DNA from: Malacoraja senta
Lineage: Eukaryota
DNA: 64,000 nt
Assembly (NCBI GenBank): GCA_038087875.1
Contig: CM075988.1
Location: 24,554,001 to 24,618,000 of the forward strand
Direction of reading: 5' to 3'
The translations under genes were made by a program, and so were the position numbers. Below are positions 11,130 through 21,800 of this stretch, in pieces. How positions within the stretch are numbered: the first letter of the stretch is position 1; the number at the start of each line of letters is the position of its first letter. The notes under the pieces were generated by a model, which was not told where the DNA came from, did not search any database, and worked only from the letters and a program-made list of their open reading frames with translations.

Positions 11130-14100
11130 TTGATTCCATGACTTTATTTATGATATTATTCAAAAAGAATAAAGAAGTTCCCCCCAAGTCCTGGCCAATG
11201 CTCATTTTCCAACCTACACCAAACAATGAGGTTTGTTGGAAGGAACCGCAGATGCTGATTTACACCGAAGGTAGGCACAAAATGCTGGAGTAACTCAGGG
11301 GACATTTCTGGAGAGAAGGAATGGATGACCTTTTGGGTCGAGACCCTTCTTCAGAATGAAAGTCACGGGAAAGGGAAACGAGAGATATAGACGATGATGT
11401 AGAGAGATAAAGAACAATGAATGCAAAAGGAAACAGGCCATTGTTAGCTGTTTGTTGGGTGAAAACGAGAAGCTGGTGACATCAGTCCACTGAAAAGCGG
11501 TGGTGTAGAGGGGAAGCCAATATGATGAACGATGAATCATCATTGGATGAGCAGAGGATCTCAGAACAAATAGCATCTCTGAAGAGAAGGAATGGGTGAC
11601 GTTTCGGGTTGACCCAAAACGTCATCCATTCTTTTTCTCCAGAGCTGCTGCCTGTCCTGCTGAGTTACACCAGCTTTTTGTGTCTATCTTCCAAACAGTG
11701 AGGTTATCTGAAAAATTATCAGTGCTATTTGCTGGAGGATGCAGTGTATGAATTGGCACTTACATATCCTACATTCTAGTAGGATCTGTACTTCAAAACA
11801 AAATGTGCCTCGTTGATTGTAAAGCACCCTGTGAAGTCCAGAGGTAATGGAAGGCTGTGTGGCAGTAAAGTATTTTATCTTTGAATAAAATTAATTTTAG
11901 GTTTAGAGATATAGCATGGAAACAGGCCCTTCAGCCCACTGAGTCCACACCGACCATTCAGCACCATCCATCACCCAGTTCTATATTATCCCATTTTCTC
12001 ATCCACTTCCGACACACCAGGGGCAACAATTAACAATTACAAAGGCCAATTAACTTACAAACCCGCAAATCTCTGGGATGTGGGAGAAAACTGGAGCACC
12101 TGAAGAAGACACATGTGGTCACAGGGAGAATGATCGTGGATGATCAGCCATGATCACATTGAATAGAAGGGCCAAATGGCCTACTCCTGCACCTATTGTC
12201 TATTGCCTAATGAGAACGTGCAAACTCCACACAGACAGCACCCACGTTCAGGATCGAACCCGTGTCTCTAGTGCTGTGCTGCAGCAGCTTTGCCAGTTGC
12301 GCCACTCTGCTGCACCATCGTTGGAACGGTTCCAGGCAACCTTAGCCTCAATAACCAAGAGGATCAATAAAATGACCTTGCAGTCTGGGCCAGGCTCAGT
12401 CCTAGAACATGGAGACCCATACATGGGTTGGGTTTGTACATTTGAGATGGATGGTAGGAGGTGCACTTTGGGTCTAGTGGAATGTCCCAAAACCTCTGTT
12501 TGGAAATGATGCATCTTGATGTCTATATACAGTAAAAGAATGATGGGAAACACTTACAGTTCATGTGAAATAGACTGAAACATAACCATAGAAGCAAACA
12601 GAATTGATTTGCAGGGGATCTGATCAATCCAAGCTTTGGTCGCCTACCTGCCGTGATTTCATCGACTGACTTTGCTTGAAGGTAGGGGGTGAAAGTTGCA
12701 CGGTTTGCACCAGTAATAAAACTTGTCTCAAGTGTCTTTCAAAGTTCAACTGAAGGTCATACATGTTTCTGCAAAAGAAAAACAGTCATTAAAGATGCTA
12801 TCAGACCAAGCAATAGCAAAGTAGCGAAGAACTGTCAATTTAAATCAGTACTCAAAGGTCATTTAGAAATTTTCTATCGACGGTAAATGAGCAATACACC
12901 CAAGAATCTGAATTCTTATTTTATTTCATAAACGAAGCCACCTTCAAAATTGGCCTTAATTTGACTGCTAAAATTGCAAAGAGTTTAATGCCGTGCATTG
13001 CTATTAGTGTTTAAATAAGACAAGAATTTATGATGGGCGAGTGGTATCTCAGAAGGCTATGGAAACCAGCATCTGCAGTTCCTTGTTTCTACATGTATGT
13101 CTATCCTATGCGTTTTAAGATGCCCATCATAGTTTAGTTTAGTTTAGAGATACAGCGCGCAAACAGGCCTTTCGGCCCACTGAGTCCGCGCCAATCTGCG
13201 ATCATTAACACTTTCCTACACATACTAGGTATAATTTACATTTATACAAAGCCAATTACCCTACAAAGCTGTACGTCTTTGGAGTGTGGGAGGAAACCGA
13301 AGATCTCTGAGAAAACCCACGCGGTCATGGGGAGAACGTACAAACTCTATACAGACAGCACCCGTAGTCAGGATCGAACCCGGGTCTCGGGCGCTGTAAG
13401 CGCTGTAAGGCAGCAACTCTACCGCTGTGCCACCCCTAAAATTCTTGAAATTATTATATTTAAAATGTCGTCCATACCCTGATACTCTACGAGTCATGAA
13501 TCATTACATATTGTTGGATGACATGTACAACTCTCCCTTTCAACTCATGAGAAGGCTCAGGCTCCCTAAGCATTCTGAGCCGTTAAGATGAATTAAATTT
13601 GTCACGGCAAGTTAGGACATGAACCTAACAGTATAAGGAGTTAAAAGGGTCACATTCCCTCAAAGACAGCTGACAATCTTGCCCTAAACAGTAACAATAT
13701 CAAGTTTGTTTTTACTGCTGATATTAAACTCATGTTTTTAAAAAGCAAAGTTTTTTTTTTTCTAATGTTCATATTTTTTTCTTTCTTCTCTCTTCAGCCT
13801 GTACCTCACCTTTTGGCTTTATACCTGAATCAGCTCTGATTCAGCTTATTCCCTCTTATGCTGTTACTTTGTGTGTTTTAGGACATTTTTAGGATTGTTG
13901 GTCCTTTGTTCATGAGAGTGCCAGATATCCTGCCAGAGCCCTCATGTAGCAGTAAAAGACCCTATGAAGACCCTATTCAGGACTAACCTGGACTTTATCT
14001 GGACTTTACCTTGTCTACACATCTGGACGCCCGCAGCGGCGGCTGCGGAGGGTTGAGGTCCCGACCACGGGGGAAAATGGAGGAGGACTGGCCAAATGTT

Positions 14101-14649
14101 GTGCCTTCCACCACAGTGATGAATGCTGTGGTGGATGTTTGTGTTAAATGTTTATTGTGTTTTTGTGTGTTCTTTTTCATTGTACCGCTGCTGGCAAATT
14201 CATTTCACTTGCACTTTATGTGCAAGTGACGAATAAAACTGATATCGATTGAAGAGGAACAAATAAACTCCTGATGGCCTGACCGAAGATTTCCCCTCAC
14301 CCAACATCAGGGAAGATGTAGATTCTGTGTTGGTATCTCAGTGCTATTGGGAGAAGCCTCAAAAAGGCAGCCAGCATCATCAGAGATCCCTGGCCACATT
14401 CTCGTTTGACCCCTGCCATCGGGAAGAAGATATAGGAGCCTGAAAACTGTACCATCCAGGTTCAGGAGCAGCTTCTTCCCTGCAGCCAACAGGCTATTAA
14501 ACACGACAACCTCCAAATTAGGACTGAACTACATAGACTTAGGGGGATTGGTTTTGTTGTTATGCACTATTATTGTTTGATGTGCATGTGCGTGGAAACA
14601 CACACACATATACATACACACGCACATATATATACATACACACATATAC

Positions 14650-14682
<33 letters not shown>

Positions 14683-15060
14683 TACACATATACACAGACA
14701 CACACATATATATATATACAGACACATACACACACATATATACATACACATATACATATATGCACATACACACATTATTATATTGTATACAGACTACTGT
14801 GTTTACATATTTTGTTATGCTATTGCAAGTAAGAATGTAATTGTTCTGTTTGAAACATACAATAAAACACACTTGGCTCTTAAGAATCTGGTGATACACA
14901 AATTGTTTACCACATTTCCTAAAGCACAATGGGGACTATAAATTAAAATGAGCTGCAAAATCTAGGGATATCCTGAGATCTTTGAAACTAATATACATAT
15001 ATTAAAAAACGAGTTCTTTCCATCCCTGCCATTACAAAATGACCAGACAAGAGAGAGAAC
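11130..15060. repeat. Copy 2 of the duplicated segment
   Basis: ttgattccatg...gagagagaac reads the same as 1-3931, then continues into unique sequence. Confidence 0.97.
12648..12768 (-). other. Candidate 121-nt exon (copy 2)
   Basis: Same as 1519-1639. Confidence 0.3.
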
Positions 15061-16583
15061 TCTAAAATAGTGGCAGTTTCGTGTCCAGAGTCCATAACAT
15101 TACCACCCCTCCCACTCCTGAATTAGTGTGAATAAATAATTCTCATTATTCCCTTGTGGAATCTGGAAGAGGATGCGAGCACTAAATGTTGCTAATGGTG
15201 CGAATTAGAGTTAGCAACAGGCCTGATTATAAGTCAGCAACACTGACATGTACTCTAGTTGATCGCATTCCTATCTCTATAATCACTAAAAACGACTCAC
15301 GCCTGCAAGACTGAAATCGATAATGGAGCAGAACTGAGATCAATAGCAGAGCAATAAAGTCCCAGAAGATCAGCTTAGATACTGCTTCCTAATACAAAGT
15401 CAGTGAAAGGGTTACTGATTCCACACTGAAGGGTTACTGAAGCTGAATGCAAAAAATATATATTATTTCTCCAAGACCTTATATGGCATAAGTGTAGCTA
15501 GATTCCACAATGTCTTGGTTCTGCACCTTAGTTAAAACAAATTGTATAAAATAAAATGTGGAAATGTCTGGGCTTGGTGTTAATACCTTGGTGAAGCACA
15601 GATAATGGCTATTTCCATTAGGCAAGTTAAAATGCTACAACAGCTAAAAGGGATATTTAATTTTATAATTCACAAGCATGAGATACATGGTGAAAAAATT
15701 GCCTGGAAGAGATTCCCCATTGTCCCAACACAGTCATTGAAAGCAGTCAAAGGATACAAATTCAGTTTGAAACTATTTCACTGACTATGCTGTAATCATG
15801 ACGGATACTCTATAACTGGAGATTCTAAAATTTACATGGCAAAACCCTAAAACGATGTTCTAATATACCTTTGTATATGAACTTGTTTAGTTTGAGTTCC
15901 ATCATACGGCAATCTGAAACGCTTTGTAAGGATGAAGAGGCGAATCACAAGATTAATTGGAAACTGGAAGTATTGTGGTTATCAAGGAACTCGAGTCTCT
16001 GCTGCTTTAGAGAAGTTAAGATATAGGGATAATATGAGCAAAGTTTATAAGTTGAGGAGATTGTGAGGGAAGAGAAAGTGTCAGACTATCAATTAATGCA
16101 AAGTCAAGATGGAATTTGATTGTTCTTCATTTCCAGGCAACTGAGAATCTTAGACCTGTGTGAATTCCCTCAAACAAGAGCTGGAGCCATTTCTGACTGG
16201 GGTGGAGAACACAGAGAAAGATGGTGGTATCTGCTAATGGTGATCAGAGCATGAGGAGCCTTCAGTATTCACTTCCATTCCCTGAAAAGTTTGGAGAGAA
16301 ATTTGTGTAGATTCTTTCAAATTGGCCATAATTTAAATCTCTTTTGTCTTATTCAAGAGGTTATTTAGTAATAGTTGCAATGGAATTTGTGTGATTTTTT
16401 TGTCAAATAAGGGCGAGTGGTTAAATGGGATAGACAGTATCAAATCTGGGGAATGGGGATCACTTCCCATATCTTGGGAGCTACCTCTCAGCAAAGACAG
16501 GCATTTATGATGTTTTTTACCAACACCATCTGAGGAAAAGGGTGCTTGAAGATTACCTCAAGCTCTGCACACCACTTATGCTC

Positions 16584-16719
16584 TTCTTCTTCTTGCGTAT
16601 GGCGTGCACAGCCTAAAGTTGTAGGCCAACTTGTTCTATTTGATTTTGTTTGTGCACGTCGGGTTGATTGCATTAGTCGAAACAGGGCGGACCACGTGAA
16701 GGTTGCAATCTCCCACCCC
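16584..16719 (-). mobile_element. Short non-autonomous retroelement: HDV-like ribozyme head + hairpin/(GAA)n tail (copy 1)
   Basis: TSD acttatgctc at 16574-16583 and 16720-16729; second copy at 55253-55384. Confidence 0.9.
16666..16719 (-). ncRNA. Predicted minimal HDV/CPEB3-like self-cleaving ribozyme
   Basis: GGGGUGG(P1) GA GAUUGCA(P2) ACC(P3) UUCACGU(L3) GGU(P3') CCGCCCU(P1') GU UUCGA CUAA(J4/2, catalytic C) UGCAAUC(P2'); G1-U wobble at the cleavage site. Confidence 0.85.
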
Positions 16720-17024
16720 ACTTATGCTCCACCTGTCACTGTGATCACTGCCCTCCTGCATGGTTCTAAGACTTAAACTACACTATGTATCGCAGGCACC
16801 GCAATGCACTGGATAGTTCCCACTAATGCCGTCTCTGTAAAACCTTTCAACACATTTCAGCACAAGTAAACCAATGTCAGTGTCCTCTCTCAGGCCAGTA
16901 TCTCCAGGCACCAATTACATGCAGTTGGTGAAAAATAGGTGACCAGATAGCTCCAGCTCTTGTTTGAAGGAATACAATAAATTGTGAATATCACACAGGC
17001 TATCCCCAGACCAAAGGCACTAAA

Positions 17025-17460
17025 GTCGTAAACACTGCCCATCATCGGCTCTGACCTCCCTACCATCGAGGGGATCTATCGCAGTCGCTGCCTCAAAAAG
17101 GCTGCCAGCATCATCAAGGATCCACACCATCCAGGGCACTCACTCATCTCCCCGCTGCCTTCAGGTAGAAGGTACAGGAGCCTGAAATCTGCAACATCCA
17201 GGTTCAGGAAAAGCATCATCCCCACAGCCACCAGGCTATTAAACTCAACTCAAACAAAACTCTGAACATTAATAGCCCATTGCACTGCATCTGCTTATTT
17301 ATGTGTGTATTTATATATATTCAATGGTATATGGACACACTGATCTGTTCTGTATTTATTTATGCCTACTATGTTCTGTTGTGCTGAAGCAAAGCAAGAA
17401 TTTCATTGTCCTATCTGGGACACATGACAATAAACTCTCTTGAATCTTGAATCTAGAATC
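17025..17460 (+). mobile_element. Rex1/Babar-like LINE 3' end
   Basis: Inverted near-copy of 55617-56045; (cttgaat)n tail. Confidence 0.85.
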
Positions 17461-18219
17461 TAAAGGTCATTTTCATCGTCAGCCCAAGACTCCCAATAGT
17501 TACAATTAAACTTTCATTCTCAATTGTTTTTTGAGGATTTCTTTTCCTCTGGTGATGTGAAGAAGTGCTTCCTTATATCATCTCAATGCAGGGGTGCTCT
17601 AATTATAAGATTACGTCTCATTGTTTTGGATTTAACCAATTATAGAACATAGCAAAGGAGCAGGTCCTCTGGCCCATAATGCTTGTGTCGAACATGGTGC
17701 CAAGGCAAACTGATCTCATCTGCCTGCATATGATCCACAATCCTTTATTCCTTGCACTTTCATGTGCCTTTCCACAACCCTCATAAACACCACTATGGTG
17801 TCTGCCTCCACCATTTTTTAACGATATATTAAAACATTATTTAACAGTATTTAATGGATTCACAACTGATCAGCCAAAGCATTGCAATTCAAACCTTTCC
17901 ACAATTCAAACAGATATAATTTATACATGTAAACTAATTCTCAACTTCTTGACTTAGCAATAGTTGACTATTCAAGTGTAGCTTTCTCCAATGCAACATT
18001 GGTTTAAAACATGTACCATTCTCTTAATACTTTGAAAACAGATTTTCCTCCAAACATCCTGTAAGAACCTTTAATCAATGGAACCTCCTGAATTAGATAA
18101 TGATTTCATTTGGGAGCAATGCAAGTGTAATATATGTAGCCTTTCCTTGCAACATATCTGTAGGTCTGTCATATTGCTGGTGATTCTGCACCATCCAGAG
18201 GCAATAGGGCCTGCACTCC

Positions 18220-18450
18220 GAGTTGGCAGATTGCAGGCTGGAGTTGCACTCCGGAGATTTGAGCCCGTAACCTTTGCAGATATTGAAGGAATGCTGCACT
18301 GTCAGAAGGTTGGATGAGATGATAAATTAAGATCCCATCTGCCCTTTCATGAGAATGTATTTAAAAAATCCCATTTCTATTCAAAGAAAGGCTGAGGGGT
18401 TCTCCTTGTGTAATTTCTGCCATGTGACAGCACCAAAGCACTTATCAAAG
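18220..18450 (+). mobile_element. Old SacSINE1/Deu-type SINE relic
   Basis: cactccggagatttgagc...tgctgcactgtcagaagg...gatgaga...atctgccct resembles the Deu domain as remembered. Confidence 0.6.
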
Positions 18451-19084
18451 TCATTAATTTTGAAATGAATCTATTTCATACGAGCACAATCTTAAAATAT
18501 ATTTCTAATACAATCAGCCCTCCCAACTCCTTTTTGGCTCAGACTTAAATCCTTCTCTTTGCCCACTGGAGACTCATTCTGGACATTACTTAGTTAATTT
18601 AGTTCTTTCACTTCTAGTTGATGGTGATTTACAATGACTGATACCTTGAATCGGAGAGATAAAATAAAACAGTAAATGAAAGTCAAAAGACTACTGGAAA
18701 TCCAAAATAATAGCAGAGATTACAGGAAACACACAGTAATTCAAGCAGCATCTGTGGAGAGAGAAACAGTGAATGGTCCAGGTCTAAAATCCTCAATCAG
18801 TACTGGGAAAGAAGAAAAAGAGAATAAAAAAGGCTCCTGACCCTAAACCTCATATATGTTTCCCAGAGATGCTGCCTGAACCACTGAGTTACTTCAGCAT
18901 TTTGTGTCTTTTTTTTTATCAATAACTAATGTGTTTTCTCTCTTTCCCAGATCTGATCCCGAATCTGAAACATTAATTGTTTATCCTCCCATAGATTCCG
19001 CCCAACCTGCCGAGTTTGTCCAGCATTTTAATTTTGATAGAGAATAAAACTGGATGGACCACCTGGCATTGGCCGAGGCACTGA

Positions 19085-19203
19085 AATAGAAACATAGAAA
19101 ATAGATGCAGGACTAGGCCATTCGGCCCTTCGAGCCAGCACTGCCATTCAATATGATCATGGCTGATCATCTAAAATCAGTACCCCCGTTCCTGCTTTTT
19201 CCA
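19085..19203 (-). mobile_element. CR1-clade LINE 3' end
   Basis: atagaaacatagaaaatag...ggccattcggcccttcgagcc. Confidence 0.8.
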
Positions 19204-19220
19204 TCTACCTCACTTGCAGG

Positions 19221-19435
19221 TAGACAAAGGTGCTGGAGAAACTCAGCGGGTGCAGCAGCATCTATGGAGCGAAGGAAATAGGCAAAGTTTCGGGCCGAAA
19301 CCCTTCTTCTGAAGAAGGGTTTTGGCCCGAAACGTTGCCTATTTCCTTTGTTCCATAGATGCTGCTACACCCGCTGAGCTTCTCCAGCACTTTTGTCTAC
19401 CTTCGATTTTCCAGCATCTGCAGTTCCTTCTTAAA
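19221..19435. mobile_element. Fold-back (palindromic) Penelope-derived short element
   Basis: 15-bp TSD tacctcacttgcagg at 19206-19220 and 19436-19450; ~90-bp inverted arms centred on cccttcttctgaagaaggg. Confidence 0.9.
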
Positions 19436-19509
19436 TACCTCACTTGCAGGAAAGGCTTAGCAGAGGGGATGGCATGGTGGGTGTGAGAAGCCCTGGATAT
19501 CCTCAGTAT

Positions 19510-19930
19510 TGATTCCATTCTGTGTGAAATCTCATGGCACCAGGTTTAAACATACACAAGGAAACCTTCTCTTGATTACTGCCTATTGCCTACCCCATGT
19601 TGATGAATCCAGTGTTCCTCCATGTTGAATACCACTTGAGGAAGCACTACACGTGGGAAGCACTCTGAGTGGCTTCATGTCCACCATTAAAATATCTGTG
19701 CCACCAATGAAAGACATAGCTATCACAATGGGTCTGAGAACCAACATACGGGTCAAACCTATTTGATCTAATCTTCAACAATACAATTGGAGAGGAGTAT
19801 CTATGCATGTTGACATTGCTAATTGTGACCACATATGGAGGCAATGTTCCTTCTTCTCATCCTCCTACTCGAGAATACAATGTACCCTCTAGTATGTTGT
19901 GCGGTACAAAACAGTGGAGTGATTAAACTC
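19510..19930 (+). mobile_element. Ancient CR1-group LINE endonuclease relic
   Basis: Fragments DES-VFLHVEYHL-EAL, EPTYGSNLFDLI resemble an APE endonuclease region. Confidence 0.55.
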
Positions 19931-21635
19931 AGGGATGATTAAGAAGCTGGATATGTTAAACACAAATCACTCAGTAGGTTAATAAATTGGACAGACAAGA
20001 AAGAGTTGGGCTCTGGGGAGGATTGGGCTGTTGCTTAGCCAGAAACCAAAATAGGTCAAGAAGCGTACAGGCTACAGGTCAAAAGGACTTGGCATGAGTT
20101 TATATAGTTATTGGAGTTTTGCATGGCCTCATCTTTATGGATAGTAGAATAGGAAGCAATCCTGGAGTGAATTGGATTAGTCAAGTCTGGTTCGGCTGGA
20201 CCGGGCGCTGATCCAAGAGGCCAAGCACATGGACCGGACGGGGCTGGAGTGGAGCAGTGGTGGAGGACAACACGGCCACATTTGGCCAGGCCAGGACTGG
20301 ACTGTGAACTTGATGAAATGGCGCCAAGCATTGTGGTGCTGACATTGTGTGCAAAATGAATTTCATTATGTAACAATTAATTGCATATGTGACAATAAAT
20401 ATCCATTGAATCTATTGAATTGAATTCTAACAAAGGCCTGGATGGGCGTTACAGCAGGAGAGCAGATTTGGGCGATATGACAGAGGAGGAAATAAATTAT
20501 CCTAATGTTTCAGAAACAAGGAACTGCCGAAGGTTTGCAAAACAAGACACAAAATGCTGGAGTAACTCAGCGTATCAGGCAGCATCCCAGGAGAACATGG
20601 ATAAGTGCCATTTCGGGTCTGAAAATGGGTCTCGACCCGAAGCGTCACATATTCATGTTCTCCAGGGATACTGCCAGACCGGTTGAATTACTCCAGAACT
20701 TTGTGTCTCATTATCCTTTTGTGCTCATTGAATTGAACCTCGGTTTGAGGCATGAACCTCGGTTTGAGAACTGAATAACAGTTACACCTGTAAAGCATGT
20801 ACCAATTGGACTAAATTTTGATGTATTACTTTCAAAAGAGAAAAACAGGCATCTTCAGTAATACTGTTTTGTTACAATATTAAGTGTGGCACAGAGCAAC
20901 TATGAAAAGCTTCATCTGTGCAGCTTAAGCAATGTACTTTGCCATTCTATTTAAACAGCAAATAAATAATGATGAATGATAAATAGATAGATATCAAACA
21001 GCTACAGTAGTTCACAGCTCCCCAGGAACTTACAAATAAACAGTACAGCTCACTCTTGCAACGTGTAATGGATCAAACTCCGTGTAATTGTTCCAACAAA
21101 TTAGAAGCCAAATAATGCCAATGAGGCTATTTACAGAGGACATTTGCTTTCTGTCTAAGGGAGAGCAACATCTGTAGGATATCCCCTGCAGGGACATTTG
21201 TGCAGATAAACCTGCAGCCATTTAGCCGAGGAGATTCTCAAGTTCCTTGACTCTCTGCAGAAACTGTTCAGATTTAACATTCTTAAAATCTTAAATTGAT
21301 AACATTTTAATCTTCTCATTAACTAATCTATTTTAAATGATTAATGCTCCCTGTAAAATCTAGATCAATATCTCTGTTACTCCATCCAGATCTGAGCATC
21401 TGTTTCTCCAAGTCCTGATTCAGCATCATTGAGTGCACAACCTGTTCCTAATCAGGAAAAGGATTCTGTTCCTTTGCTCTGAACACAATATAACAGAGGG
21501 CTTTAAAATTATGAGAATGGTTAATAGGGCATATGCTGAGGAAATATTTCCACATTACAAGTTAGAGTTCATAAAATACAAGGCAGACATTAATCAAATA
21601 GTTTGGTTCTGATATAACAGAAGAGGACATAAGTC

Positions 21636-21800
21636 ACAATAGACAATAGACAATAGACGCAGGAGTAGGCCATTCGGCCCTTCAATGTGATCATGGCTGA
21701 TCGTCCCCAATCAGTACCCCCGTTCCTGCCTTCTCCCCATATCCCCTGACTCCGCTATTTTTAAGAGCCCTATCTAGCTCTCTCTTGAAAGCATCCAGAG
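21636..21800 (-). mobile_element. CR1-clade LINE 3' end
   Basis: (caataga)n tail, family match. Confidence 0.8.

Noticed and set aside
16660..16690. Plus-strand gtcgaaac as a hammerhead GAAA box
   Set aside because: No CUGANGA partner; the minus-strand HDV fold explains the sequence fully
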